Positions 12,831 to 28,400 of a stretch of DNA of 64,000 bases are shown here, piece by piece. Below the pieces are notes generated by a model that was not told the DNA's origin, did no database searches, and worked only from the letters and a program-made list of their open reading frames with translations. Numbering within the stretch: position 1 is the stretch's first letter; every line of letters starts with the position of its first letter. Both the position numbers and the translations under genes were made by a program. The DNA is from Balanoglossus misakiensis (taxonomy: Eukaryota > Animalia > Hemichordata): contig CM082580.2 of NCBI GenBank assembly GCA_040954595.2, positions 5,835,519-5,899,518 on the forward strand, in the 5' to 3' direction.

Positions 12831-15800
12831 CTCGACTTGTCTATTACATCATGCGCCTGAGTCTGACTCTTGGTCGCCAAATTCTAATTTGCATCCGACC
12901 GACCACAATATCACATTCCCGCCAATAACATAACCCGATAGGTTGTTAAATTATTTCCCCCCATGAAATAGCCTGAAATCTCCGGGCCGTGGGAGAACGT
13001 AGACTGTGCATTCGTGGGTACGCGTACTCCGGTCACGGAGTGGCCAAAGTTTTCAACCTTTTTGAAGTCGTGCCATGTATTCTCTCCCTCCCGCAGCTAA
13101 AAGCGACTATGTCGTAATACAATGCACATTGCTAAGTATTCTGTTCTATCATAGATCCTGGTCTCGCCCCAGGGTATAAGCTTATGGTTTCATAATGGTC
13201 AGGCGCAATATGATTCTCTCCTTTTTTCCAGAACGTCTACAGGCCACGTGACCTTGTACGTGGTGAAACTTGGGGGTGGAGTAAGCGATTGGATATTTGA
13301 ATAATTCATATTGTTTGTGATAGCTACTTCACACGTCGGGAATAGGCTGTCCATATTTTAGATAGCGCCATTCATACTCCAAACGCCTGAATAGATTAAT
13401 CAGAAACTGTTAATGTGCTGATTTGCAGATTTCCATGAAAACAGTCCCCTTTATCGACGAGTCTGTTTTTCTTTGATTTTTGCCTATCAATGCTTCTTCG
13501 CTTGGCCTTTGTCGCGTCAGGGATAGGTCACTTGAAAACGGGTAAACTCGAGCGTAGACCCTGGAGCACGTCTAATAGTCCAAATTCCTTCCTCCCAATC
13601 CTCCTTATAGAGGAATTGCTTCATCCCCTTTGTGGATAATCTATAGGTATACAGGCATTAATTGTCCCCCTCTGTTTGTTGGACGTCGCTGCTCTTTGTA
13701 GGTTACGCAAGACTACCCGATCAACCTTATGCAAATCACAACCACCCAACCATCTGACCCACTACTAGTATTCATTTCTGTCTCCATGCGACAACAACCA
13801 GCTTGGCGTCGTCCGTGATTTACCAGAGGTAAGAAATTTAAACTACTTTCCGGAAATTTCACACTGGAATAGTTACTGCGCCCAACTGGTCGCGTCCACT
13901 TTTCTTGGCCGCCCAGCCTCTTAACCTTTGTACAGACTACCCTTTCGCTCTTTTATTTTCGTGGGTTCTTTTTTTGTCACCCGTTGAGCAAAACGCCCAT
14001 TCATTGGAAGCCTACACCTGGCTGGGCACGTATGTACATGTATATCGTTCAGACATTGGCTATGATTTTGGGTTGCCAACAGGCACGATGAATAATTTCC
14101 AAGACAGGTAAGAGGGAAGATTTATCATTTGGGAGAGAGTTCTCAGTCTAGGGTTTTGCACATGAAAACGCCGGGGCGCTCCTATTCATAATGAGCGCGT
14201 CTGCGTCAGCTGCTTTGTACACACCTCATAACAATCACATGTGGTACCAATGAGCGGATAAACGGGAACATTTTGTCGTTCACTCGGGTCCTCCCGCGCT
14301 TTTCGATGCAGAACACAAATTCAGTGTCGTCACTGTTCAACTCGACGAAGTTGGACAATGCTCTCCACGAGTGCGTGAAACCCTTAGCGTATTGTGTAAA
14401 CGAAAACCTTGAACATGCAGTTTCTTTCAAAAGCTATTTACAATATGCAGTTTTCACATTCAGACCATGTTTCTCGGGAGACGCTGACGTCGATGGCGTT
14501 CGACATCGCGTTTTTCCAAGCACGCTTTGCCTCAAATTACTCTACTTAAAAAGAGATTGTTTTCCTTTTCTGTGCTAGATCGGTCACCGCAATGTAAGCA
14601 ACGTAACATCGCCGATAGCGCTAAACGGTTGTTTTATTCTCCGCGACAGTGTTGTGGAAAACAACAGTTGGTTCGGAGTGCGTTTTACACGTAAAAAAAT
14701 GTTCTGCGTAAACGCATTTCCGCTCTGCTAACTCGGTGAAAGTTCAATCCGTCTCGCCGAAAGTGACACCGCTGTCGAGTGTGTACGACGGTGTCTGACG
14801 CGCACAACGCTTTTACCTGTTTTAAAACACTTATCCGGTTGTGAACACGCATACTTCAGCAATGGAGATTTTGGAGGGTGGGAGTTTGAGCGTCTGCGAA
14901 GGATTACGTAACGATATTTGACGAAAAGCGAGAAAGCGCTTTCTTTTGTTGGCGTTCAGCCCTGCAAGTGTAAACCATAGCTCACATTTTTACCCCAAGT
15001 TCGCGTTTGCTTTTCAGTCAAAATTTAAGAGTTTTCATAATGAATCGTATTGTCACAGTTATGACGTCCAAGGCCCACAGGTTTACATTATATATATTCC
15101 GCATATCTCTTTACCGAATCATGAAAATACTAGTATGCAAAATGTTCTGTATTAAAATTACTGTGGCATGTTTGCATAGTATTTGTATAGCAAGCAGTCA
15201 CTGTTTTAACGACACAGATTTTTAAGGACATGGGGAATTGTTGTAACAATAGGAGGTCAATAGGTCAATTCTCTACATTCTGTGGAAGTAAACACAAGGG
15301 CATGGGGATTCATTCATAGTGGGCTGGGAAACGAGATATATCCAGTTTTAAGACCCCGCGATGCCAAAATGGGGCGGCTGGGCGGAGGTAAGGAACGCTT
15401 TTACTTTTATCAGGCAAAATATTATTCAGGCCCCTGCTAATCTGTGTCAGTGGGTCCTTCTCTATGTACATGTACCACTGATTTCTTGCTTCGTTCGTCC
15501 CGCGGAACAAGGTCCCACCATCGCTGATGGACCGTGCACGTATATAGCCATGGTTTGTCCGTAGCCCTGGCTTCATGGTCTGGACACGCTGAATCAATAT
15601 AACACGTGGTACGGATACACACACCGGCCGTTTAGACCAAACTGTATAATTTCACCCAAGGTCCTTCACACTTCACATTTTGCTGGTGAAAAAGAAACCC
15701 AACCTGTCTTGCTGGAAAGTTAACGTAAATCTATCGTACCAGTTGAAGACAAAAATCTACAGCACATATTAACGATATTCAAGGTTACAAGGTCACAGAC

Positions 15801-18800
15801 TTGTCCTTACAGTAACACAGTGTCAACCAATTTGGGATCGTTGTACTTTCTAAGCAATCATGTTATCGTTTATAATGAATGAGGTTTTGAACTCCGTGGC
15901 GTGTCCCCGTACGCCCGTACCTATCCCAAAATGAGCGAAAGGCGCTGTAGTGATAACTTTGAATACTTCGACCTGGGAAGTCACTGATGTGGAAAGGGGT
16001 TACCCCTCTGGTAATTCGATACGGTGTACACTCCCAGAGCTACAGACGGTGGAACCCGGTATGCGTATAGAGCAGCCGGTCACGCGAGCAAATCTCAATC
16101 CGCGCCGGTTGCCATGGGTCTTGAGTATGGGGCGCACTGACAGCCGGAGGAGACCATCTATGGACCAGAGCTAAACACTTCCCCGCTCTTGGGTGTAAAT
16201 GGTCCCACTGAAAGTAGAAGTCACATTCTAAATCCTTCTGTTGATGTTGGCCAACCATGGTACATGTATAAAAACACTGATTGCATGGCGGAGATGCACA
16301 TCTTCATTTGATTATACCCTACCCCCGTATCCGACATATTTTTTGTTCATTATTCGTTATTAATATTCACGGGACAGCCCTTTATCGTTCATGTATTTTT
16401 ATGATCATATCAGCGAGATACTAGTATACATCATCTGATAAACTATTACGTCACGGATCTCGTGCGCATATAAAGTTTGATATGACTTTCGATCGAATGG
16501 AACTGGGTCAGTCGGGTAACGTATGATCATAGTAACATTACATTTCAACCAGACGATGGAAAGGGAAGTGCTCAGTTGTCAGATTTTATAACTTTATTTT
16601 ACGACTTCGTGTTCAAATGGTGTCAAGAATCGTACTGATGGCGGCATTTCCAATCCAAAAGCTCGGTCCAACGTGTTTGTTTACGTTTTTTGTCGAATCG
16701 TGTGAAAGTGGGCAAATGTCGCACTCATCATATGTAGGGGGCCTGCCCTTCTCATTGTTTGCACCCACCTCCATGGAAATGGGCTTCCGGTTTCTTTAAA
16801 AGGCCGAAACCCGTCGTCAAAAGACTGGAATGAACCATTTGCCGGTCCGGGGAGGGGTGTGCGATCTGTTGTGATTGGTCGATCTGGTTACTATGTAATT
16901 TTGCTGAACAGAGATTATTTTCGATTGTTCAGAAACACGGAAGACATCGGAGTATTTCGTACCCTTTTATTATGCTTTTGGCGGGCATCGAACCTTGGAG
17001 GCGAAGCAACAATTTGTGATTACCATCTCAAAACAGGGTGGGTAAGGTTGAACGTTTATAGATTTTGTTCTCGATGCGTGTCTTGAAGAACTCAAAACTT
17101 TAATGTTTCTGAATCATTTCCATTATAACGTATAGTGAGACGATGACGTCAGTTGGAAGGTTTTTTTTACTTTCAAAACGGCGTTTCAGTGAAGTTATAT
17201 TGATTGGAAAGTCGCCTTGGACTTCAACCCTGACCCCAGCCATATATACCTTAGTACCTCGATGGTCATTGTTAGTGGCAAACTGACTGGGAATGCACGG
17301 TGGAGGTGTTATGTGGTACTTATTCCATATTCACAAGGTACTGCGAGTCGTTGAATGTGTGACATCGACAGTGAATTTGTAATTGTGGTCAGAGCGGATG
17401 GATGAATTGACAAAAAGATCTTGAAGCAAAGGTAAGCATTCCAACCAAGTCTGACCACTGACCAGTACTCGAGACCGCTTTTACCTTGTGAAAGCAAGGT
17501 GCACACACAAAACGTATTAATCGTTTGAGTAAATTTGTCAAGGGAAAAAGTTAATATTGGTGATTTGGCTAACCAAATACACAAATTGCTAATTGAAATC
17601 TCATTGCGTATGCCGAAAATGGGCATTCTCTGCGTCCCAGCGTGTGACCTTTTCTGGCCAGCCTTGGACTGGAGTGGAATCCTTGGCCGAATAAATATCG
17701 CTTAGTGAGAGATAGTGGGTCGCTCGTCTTAAATTAAGAAGCATTTGTCCCCGTCAACTGATTTTAGGCTACAATGTCGACCCCGATAAGTACTCGCATT
17801 CAAGTGAAACGCGAAGGGGGGGGGGGGTGGAGTTCAACCGTAACAGTTCTATTACCACTCAGTGGTCGGCGGGCAATACATTGTACTACATATCGTTTAG
17901 TCGTTTTCTGCATTTGGGATTTTACGCATCATTAGAAACAGTCATAAGTCATTTAGTATCCAATCTTTGTCACGTGATACTTCGCAGATTCCAACTACAA
18001 GGGAGAAAAGTCGTATTTGCTGAATGGGTGGGCGTTCATCTACATAGGGTTGGAAAACAAACCGATTGTACTTGACGCAGTGTAGAAACATTCGACGTTT
18101 TATACGACGCTGGACTTGGTCAAAGTTGTTTTGAAAAAAAGTTTTATTTTTCGAGTATCTCGTTTTTGGCGGTGGATCTGTTCGGATTGGTGAGTAGGCT
18201 TACAGTTCGAAGATGACGAATAACACCAGGTCAGGTGGAGTCTGTTGTTTTGAGATTACATGTACATTGTATTGTGGACGTTTGGGATTAAGAATACAAG
18301 GTTCAGTTTCAGCAAAAATCTGCCCGCTTTGGGGCACATAGTTCATTTTCTGAACTTTCACCACTTTTGTGATGTACCATCGTCTGAGGTCTAACACCCC
18401 TGTCGTCGAGGGCGCCATTATCTGCACTCGGAAATGAACAGGCCTTTTGTCCACCCAAACGGTATTTTGTCCCTCGTCACGTGACGCAAAACAACGCACA
18501 CCAAGGAGAAATCGTAACAAAGGTGACTCCGGGGCGTTGAGATGGTGCACCCTACTTCACTTTATTATTACATACTTCAAATATTATTCCCTTGCAACGG
18601 TGCAATGTCCAACCGAAACGTCAAAGAGATTGGTCACTCCCGACCCAGGGCACCTCGTTCTGACCACCTTTTAAATTATCAAAAAATGACAGATGAACTT
18701 TACCACAGTTGTGTTCATAGTTTGACAAATTTATGAAGATTGTGGAACGCGGTGACTACCTTTGGTTGACCATAAAACAAGCACGGGTTCCCGGTACACA

Positions 18801-21800
18801 CCACACTGACGTCGTACAAGGGCACGATAACCCCGGCGCGCACTTAGACATTTTTGTGAAGTTTTATTCTCAGAAGACGCCGTGTTTTCGGCCAAAATCG
18901 TCAACTCTCATGTACACTTGATCGTGCTGGTATAGGTAAGTTCGTTCTATCGAACTTCAAAATTTTAGAATTCCCTTTTTACTATGTAAGTGGGTTGCAA
19001 GCGTTGAAATACAGTGAACCGCCGTCGAATGATTGGTCAACTGTGGAAAAGGGATTTTGTAGTTGGTTCCCTTTGCGTAAGGATCGATGTAGTTTAATTC
19101 TTGGCCGAGTTCACATCATGGCAACACCGGGTAATGTCTCTGTAGGGTAAGGCAAGTCGTGTGGTGCCGCTGTCCAATTTACGTTCTTCGGATTCATAAA
19201 CAAACCCGAATGCCACGTGTGGGGATGATATTCGCCCATGGTTTCTATGGTAACATTTTCCCACACTAGTGTTGTCGAATTTACCATTATTGGAATCCAA
19301 TGTCAGCTGTACTATTTTTCAGTAGGTTTAAATCGCTGTATCAACTTCATAAAGTTTCGACGACTCTCGCCGGACTTTTATCCCGACTCTGGCGATAAGT
19401 TTGGTCACTCTCGAGAACTAACTGGGTCGCCAGGAAGAAAGGGTGTTTCAGGCAAACGTTGTTAACCAGCCCGCTTGCCGGGACTTTGCCCACCCGATCA
19501 TAAATTTAAAAACCTTTAATACCTTTTATTGTACAGGTGAATTTGCACGGGTTGTAAACCATTTATAGCTGCGGCCGTTGTGAAAAAAATATCTCCAGGG
19601 TTGTGGTTTGCTGTTTTGAGTCATATTTATTTGAACGCGCATAGTAAACGCCGCCAATACTCGAAGTGATCCAGTGGCCATAGAGAACGAAATCGTCTGA
19701 AAAAAACAAACTTCGCGAGTAGGCCTACAGAAATAGCCACAGCTGAACGCTTTGTATAATTTGTCTGAAAACGTGTATTTGGCAATTGTGGCATATAATG
19801 TCCCTTTGTTGGAGTCGTTGGAACGGAAAAGCGGAATGAATAATGTCATTATGAAAATCATCATTGGCTGAACTATTTGTGCCGTGTCATCTTTTTTGCC
19901 TGTGGGTTTCTTTTGTCACGTGACTAGGTGCAAACGGACGAGCTGTGCAAACACATTAACTTCAAATGTAGTTCTAATAACCGTCAGACAAAGCGGATCG
20001 TAAAATAACAATATTGGTATTTACTCTCCTCGTTATCGATATTCGATAATTGTGTTCTATGCCGAGGATTAATAATTCCAAGCTGACCACTTAGCTGTTT
20101 GGGAACCCAAAACTCGCCCAGTTTTTTTTACATGTGTATTAGATGGCTGTGCAATTAGCAACGCTGAAATATCTGTCATTGATATTGAAAATGTGTCATT
20201 ATCCGCGGTTGTTGTTTCGCAGGGGTCGCGACCTCGAGTTTTTATTAATACGACAGCAGACGAGGAAGGATTAATTTTTAGTTTTAATAAAACCAACTTT
20301 GGCGTTCACGCTGCCGTGTCTGAGTCGCGCAGGCAGATGTATCGTTCGGCGACATGTACATGTAGGTTAGGCAGCGTTGGGAACCGCGTTTGCCTGTGCA
20401 CCGGGCATTCATAGCACAGTTGTTTCGAGTGCAAACTGAACGTCTTGTTAGGGAGCGGGGACTGGCTGGAAGCGTGAGTCTTCAGATAAGAAACCCAGAT
20501 AACACGCGGGGAACGTGTACAAATGCCGACCGGTCGTGGGTTTCCCGGGCATAAATCAAAGTCTTTCCGTTGAGATGTGCCTCTGATTGCCGTGGGAGAT
20601 CTTACCGCGTCGACAGCATGCAGCAGAGAGCAGCTAGCTAAAAGTCAATCAACAGCATTTCGACTTTATCAGCTAGTCTATGTGATGACGTTTAAACTTT
20701 AATAGCGCCGATTCGTATTTCAACCCGTCGTCTCTTAGAAACGGTAAGTTGTATACGTGTCGTCTGCTTTTGCTCAGTGTGTCGCTGTTCTCCCCGGTTT
20801 CATTTGATTCAATTGTATAATTTTTTGTACGGACCATTAATTACGTCGTCAAAGTACATGTAGTCATACATCATCAACAACCAGGATGTGGTAACATCGT
20901 AGACGGTTGACAGTCGGGTATTCAGTTTGTCAGGAATACGATTTTCGCGTTAAACCAACTTAACGAAAAAAACACTGTGAAGAGATAGCAACGACGCGCA
21001 CTTCAACCATGTCAAGCTAATTTGCATATCCATATATCTGTCAACGCCGATGCTACGTAAATATATATTATTGCATGTCGCAACCCCAAAACTTAAAATC
21101 CTAAAACGTGTCTTCACGGGTGTGTGAACGACAGTTCACGTCGGGAGTGTTCATCGATCCAACACTCTCGACGCATGGTTTCTTTTTTATCTCTCGAGAG
21201 AGGCACAGATCTGAGGAATTTGTAACGCGTTCTTTTCAAGAGGAAGACTTGTTCCCCCCCCCCCATCAAAAAAATGTTTCGCAAATGTGACGACACACCC
21301 GTTAATGTCGTCTAAATAAACGTCTGCTGTATGAAATATGACGTGCTGTCAATAATTGACCACCTGGACGCGTTTGTCGTCCGTTGGTTCTCGTTTTGTG
21401 TGGTTATGGTGTATTTCAAACATCCCCTTCGTAGTCTATACCAACAAAAAACACTACTTCGACAAAGGAGCCATTTTCTTCAATGATATCCAAATGTTTG
21501 CACTGAGCAAATGTCTGTTTGATCGATCGGGCAAACGGGCGGACAGATGTATATTTTTGTATCCTTGCGTCAGGCAAGACATGGACTTGATGTTTGCATC
21601 ATCGAGTCGGGCGGAATATCGAGTCAGTGACTGATGACGTTATACACATCGCATGGTTTTGTTGTGTAGTTCTGTCTGTTTCGTTTCTCAAGCGAGGCAG
21701 TGCGACGTCATATCGGTAACTTGACGGATTAAAAAATATGACGAGTAACAGTTAGACTAGCCGTGGAAACATAGCTATTTAGTTGTGTGTGTTTGGGGGG

Positions 21801-24800
21801 GGGGGTATTATCTATTACCCACAAAACCAACAGAAACTATCCCCCCCCCCAAAAAAAAAAATTGCTGCGTTTCCACAGCTACAATTAGGTCTAAAGGCGA
21901 AATACGCGTCCGCCGTACTACAACCACATATCGTGTCTACTAAAGTGTATAATTCATCATTTTGCCCTTCCCTCGCGATTTAAATGACCGATTTCGTTTT
22001 AAATATTCACTGAAACCAAGAGGCCATTTTTCGTTCATTAAATTTGCTATCATTTTGTCTCACGCACGTCAATATCCATGGACCACGATTCTCAAGAATG
22101 CATACTGCTCCCACAATGCACCTCTTGCCGGTGCCAGATCACTACCTTGCACAGATGACGTAAAGAACGCGGTTTTAATTCCCGCTTTTAACCGTTCATA
22201 TTTTGACAAAAAATAGCAGCACGCCTCTTCTTGTATATACAAATATGTTTCAGTGTAGTTTTCGAAACGGAACCAAAAGAAAATTTAACAAATGATCGTG
22301 TTTTTGTCTATCCTCGAAACCTTGAATTAGGTTGCGGGATTTCTAGAATTGTCGACACTACACTAGAGTGTAAAATTGTTCAGCCTCGCCAAAAAATATT
22401 AATGAATTAATAACCGCTCCAAAGCCCCTCACGGATCCAGCTAAAACCAACACTGACGTACCATGGCACTGTTTATACAACTGTCATAGAATTCCGGCAC
22501 GTCGACCTGTACAGTCGCATCTCTGTAAGCACTATACACACCCACTCATATACTCCCGTTCGCTATGAATTTTAAAAAGTCAGTCAAGTGTATATTTTGC
22601 CACAGGAGGGAGTGGCTTATTAATGACGGTGATGGGGAAGGGGAATTTTTGCACCAGCGGCTTGACTGCGCCACGGTAACGCACGTAAGCGCGCCGAAAA
22701 GTAATCAATATTGATTGGTTATAGTATTGAGATTTTATATAAATTTCAAATGTACATTTAATATCGTTTATAACTCAAATTCTGTGATTAACCAAAAGTA
22801 AATGTTCGAGGTTATAAAATGATTGCGACACAAATTCATATTTGAGTCAAGCTTTTTGATGCAAGGCGTGGATGGCCGATGTGTATCTGCAGATGTGACA
22901 AAACCACATTTGCGCGAGTACCAATGCGAAGCAAACAAAATAAAAGCAAGACAGAATTGCTATTGATGCCCCACTTAGAAACAAAAGCTGGCGAGATGAA
23001 TCCATTATGATCCAAATATAGAAAAGCACCAAAATGTCTTTGGTGATAGCGCCGCCACAGCTCGTTATCTTATCGTGCCCCGATCTGCGTCTTCAGCAAA
23101 GTGACAGTGAGGTATATGGCTATAAATCGCCTATGCTAAACAACAGGTGGTTTTGACCGCACAGGGAACGTCGCCAACAGCAGCGAAGTCACGAGGGCAC
23201 TATATGGTTCTCAATTTACACACAATTGCCAGTGTTTCAATTTATGGTCGTTTTTTTTATCTCGTGGACGTGTGTCCTAGTTTCGCCGACATGAAAACAC
23301 GAAAATAAACCAATCTCGCCCCAAACTCTGTTATAAAATCTTTTGGTAGTGTCTTGTGGCGAGGTCATTGCGTCCACCCCCCCACCCCCACCCCTCCATA
23401 CACACAGTGATACAATTTTGGAACTTTCAAACTTTGCCGCGAACTTGTTGGGCCCCTACATTCATCTGTGCTTTCTAGAGCAAGAAGAAAATGGTCTGAA
23501 CTTCAACAGTGCCTAAAAAGCCAGACGGTCCAACAACACAGACAGTATAAGCATACAATATCGCTATCTTGACAGAAATAACTAAAATTTACAACACCGC
23601 CGAAGAGAGAACCGTTGTACATGGCACGTTAGATATTAATACCCATCGACCAATCGCGGTGGATTACAGTATTTCGTAAGGGTATACACAATCCATGATT
23701 TCGTGATGTTGTATAGCGGGCGGTATGGCGATTCTACTGCCGGCGAAGACGCGGTACGCGTTTACGACACGTGCCTTCGCCCTGTAGTCGGTATAAAGGT
23801 GAGACTGTCGCAAGTACCGCCCTGACTTGAGTCGGTTTGTTTGCTCACTCAATATAGTATAATAATAAAAATTCCGATATACATGTATGTGTTTGATCAT
23901 ATTAAAACCAACGTTGAACGCACTGTATGCTAGTTTGCCTCTGTCGTCGCTCGTTCACGGATCGACGAGGTTATGCGGCGTGGCGTGTAACTCCGGTCAT
24001 TCTGCAAGAAAGTTTTTACCAGTAAGTGAAAAATGTATTTTTTTTTTAAGTTATGTTTAGTTAAATTGGAGCGGTGACTATAGGACGTAAGATTTATTTC
24101 CGTCATGGACCGAATATCAATATCAAGTCAGGAGCTACTCAATATTTACAGAGTGAAGTCATGTTTAGTAAAATGACAAAATCTCGTTCTCAGTGGAATG
24201 GGAAAATCCCGATAGCGATGGCTTTCGCTGCGTAATCATGAGATTTACGACTACGGTAGTTGGCTGTCTACATTAGCGTTCACCTCAAGTTATGGGGACA
24301 AGGCAATCTGTTATGGGCAAACCAACGGGGTTCCTTAGTTTCTTTAATTGAAACAAGTGAATTGTTGCTTTGGAAGCGGGCGCTCTGAACCATATTTGTA
24401 GAAAGAATCGACGAGCGTCGCTAGATTCAAGTTATTCCTTTTGCGTGTCACTGTGGTTGATTGAGTCGTTTGTTTTAACGCGAATGTTTCACGTCTTGCT
24501 AGACAAAACAAACCTCCAGGGTATTCCCTTTTTTCACAAATACAAATGTTTTGCAAACTTGAAAAGCTGAAAAAATATATAACATGGATTGAGCTACTCG
24601 TTACAGTATCATTCGTCGTTTGCATTCACTTGAATTCCACAAATTATAAACTACGCACGAGTTTTACATCAGCATCTTTTTTGTGTGTGTGATTTTAATA
24701 ATTCCCAGTTTCCTGATAGCGAACAAGCTGGGTAATACGTGGCATTGAATGACCGTGTTCTTTCCTCGCATGGGGCGCACGCATGACTTGTACGTAAAAG

Positions 24801-25456
24801 CATTACATGTACTTGGAGACACCGGACCAAAGTTTCTCGCTCAGAAAAGATCCCACCTGACGAAGGAGAACAGTGTGAAGTCACTCCCACAAACGCGACA
24901 GAGATAGATTTGGTGACTAATCACTCATATCATACAAGTTCCTTCACAAGTCAGTGACGTGCCGATACACCGTCCGACCTTTCACCGACATTATTACAGT
25001 GCGCCAACTTCCTGGGATCGTCCAAGAAAAGCGCCCTCATGCCGCCTCACACCTTGCGCAAACAAAAGGTGTGATGACTAACCTATCCTGGTGACGTAGT
25101 TGTACCGGTCCGGTACCTCAACAATGACATAGGAAGTTGTAATACACGTGTTATGGGCGGACTGTGACAGAAATTATATCAAATAAAGTACGGGTCGTTA
25201 TGATGCTACTACTATACTTACTCAGGCCTGCGTCTTTTTGTTTGATTTTTCAGGCATAAACATCGGATATAAGTTTGTATTTATCGGACACCAATACTTG
25301 ACTTGAAGTCTACCTCTATATAGTGTACGAGAATCAAACACAACTTCAATTCCGGTAGTGAAAAACTGTGAGAGAGAAAGGGGAGAAAAAAAAGTTTACG
25401 GAAAGAACTGACTTGTCAAACTTCCTACCAGACGACAGAGGAAACACCTCCAAATC

Positions 25457-28400
25457 ATGGGTGAATACAACATCACGGCCGTCAACGGAACGGCGCTGGT
25501 GGCTGTCGGCAATCTTTCGACGTTGGCGGGAAACCAGACTCTTGTTCCTGTCGGTCGCCCGGTCTTGGACTGTTTTCCCGGCGTACTTCCAGCGGCACTT
25601 TACATTAAAGGTAGGTTGCAACAACTTGTTTTATCATTTCCATTTTGTTTGTGTTAGGTCGTTTTATTAAACCGGTCTCGAGTGACAAATCTTTTGCGGG
25701 CCGACAGCAAAGCCAGTCATACTTTAATAGGCCGACACTACCTGCGCACATAACTAGCATTTTTGTTGTTGCATATAGATGCGCCGGTACCGACAAAAAT
25801 GAATTATGAGTCTTAAAGTCGATCGATGTTTCTGAAGTCATTGACCCAGACGCCCGTATAATATCAATGCAAAACCACAATCACTGTTTCAATATAAAAT
25901 ATACCGGTCAGTCAACCTTGTCGCAAAGCCGACTAAATTACATGGGACAGTAGTCGATGTCCCAATACCAACACATGGGATTGGCGCAAACGTTTGAAAT
26001 TCGTCTGTTACCATAGCCACGGTCACCGAACCACTGGGTGTGTTAACACCGCAACGTGCATTTCGGAGAGTACCCGGACGCGTCATTAAAGTTCGCGCGA
26101 ACTACACAAATATTTCATCAATGACAATAGTATTAGTGTCTTTTCCACAAAAGGTTGGCAAAAATAGACATAACTTACTTGACGGGGCTTTTTTTAATAT
26201 AGATGCCCCTTTGCAACAAAAAAAACTTCCACCACGGCATTCGCTACGGACATGACGCAACCGTCCGTGCGGTACTCGAGTTTTGGGGAAACAAGTTAAT
26301 TATTCATGTCAGATAACACCTTGAAATGAAGTGTTTTAACGGAATATTGAAACAAAAAATTACAGTACCCTTGAATCAAACACGTCATTTTCGGAATAAC
26401 CAAAACAAGATTGTTTAACTTTTGTTTTGTTTTTGTTTTGTTTTGTTTAACCATTTGTTTTGTTTATGTTTTGTTTTTGGCAGTATGGGAAATCAAGCAC
26501 GTCGTCATGATCAGCATAGCTGTAGTTCTCACTGCCCTCATCGTCGGACTTTTCTTAGATTCGCTCACATTCCTCAACGGTCACATCCCTCTAAAAAGAC
26601 GGAGATCGAGAATTCTGTGGATTATGGGCATTTATCCGGTGAGTCACAACGTTTTCTTTCGTTTTGTTAATTTTCCGCGGTGTTGGTAAAGATTTTTTCT
26701 ATTAAAGTAAACCACAATTCTGATCAGAAATGGTATTACAAATAAGCGACGCGCTGATGTATGTACATGTCATCTAATAGTTTGTATAAACTTCATAAAT
26801 CACCTTTTATTTGTTTTTGGTTCCGATTCCAGGTATTTGCAGTTACGTCGCTGATGGCGCTCTTCATGCCAAGAGCGAGTATTCTGACAGGGTTTACGGC
26901 GTCAATGTAAGTTCAAGTATAAACATGGTCAATTTTTAGCAAAGATATTATTTCAAATTTTTGAATGATTATTGATAGTATTTTAAGGATGGATGGACGT
27001 AACCATTATGTCATAAAACGCATTCTATATTCTAAATTATACTATTGAATGTAAACCTTTGATATTTCCTATGGAAGAGATACGATTCTCCTTTGGTTTT
27101 ATGTTGTTGTTTTGTTTTTAAATTCAAAGGCTAATTTCAGAAAAGCACTACATATAAGCCACCGAAACCTTAAAATGACATGTTTTTTTTTTTAATTTCA
27201 GCTACCTCTCAGTTGCGTTGTACCAGTTCATGTTGCTGGTATTGGATTATTTTGGAGGAAGTGCTGCCATGGTTACGATGCTGAAAGGCCAAGAAATGAT
27301 GATTGGCACACCGCCCGTCTTGATTTTCTGCTGCTGCTGTTTGCCAAAAGTTCCAGTCACGAGGTAGGGCCGCCATATTGCTCTCATCTTTTGTGAGGCT
27401 CTTGCTGGTCCCGAGCTGAAAATCAGAAATGTGACAGTTTCGTTTTCTGTCAACATTTTTGGCAAATTCTGCACCTATCCTAGTTTCACACACCGGTTTC
27501 TACAGTACTTAATAGTTTTTTTTTTATATTAACCAAGTCTCACGAGATCTCGTAGAGAGCGGGAAATCATCCATTGTACAAGGCAAGCTCTTTTGCTTAT
27601 TTTGCACATTCACAGAATTAACTTTGCCCTCTTTTCACCCAGGAAAAGCATATTGTGGATTCGAAGACTCACGCTACAAGTTGCCTTTGTCAGACCCGTC
27701 GTTCTTTTCATATCAGCCGTTATGTGGGCAGACGGCAGTGGCCTGTACACCCCCGGAAAGGTAAATGGACAGTCCGTGAAAAAAAGAACGTTTTATGCGC
27801 ATGTGCCAAACCAGAGAATCTGGTTAAGACATGCAGCAAATTGTGTGAAAAGAAGGGATAAAACTAAAGTCTGCTTATACGGTGTGCATGAGATCTGGAA
27901 GGAAGCGGAGGCAGGCCACTATTTGAATGCGCCGAACGCAACATTTGCTGAACATTTGGATTGGACGTCATGTTAAGTACTCAAAAAATTTCGCACATGC
28001 GCATAAGACGGTCGTCGGCCTTTAAAACTGAAACTCTTTTTCCATATTTTTGTTCACCTCATAACCCAGCAAAAATTGAAAACATATTTTTAAATCCGTT
28101 ATTTTGCTAATGTGTAATTCTGTCTCTATTTTCAGTTTTCACCTAAAGATGCCTTTCTTTACCTGAACGTCGCCAGTTTGATCTCCACGTTGACCGCATT
28201 CCAGTGTATTGTCATCCTTTTCAAAGTCGCAAAAGAACCTCTGAAAAATTACAGGATTGTTCCCAAATTCTTCAGCGTCCAGCTGGCCTTGATCTTCAGC
28301 AACCTGCAGTCGGTTTTGATCGGTTTCCTGATCGGCAGCGGCCGGATACCGTGCTCGATGACGTTTTCCCGCACCATGAATGGACAGTGTAAGTTCTTCT

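Noticed and set aside
1682-25250. Many 60-120 aa ORFs in the left region, including 9961-10155 which has a good start context
   Set aside because: No recognisable domain, no consistent exon chain, and lengths expected by chance; cannot be supported as coding.
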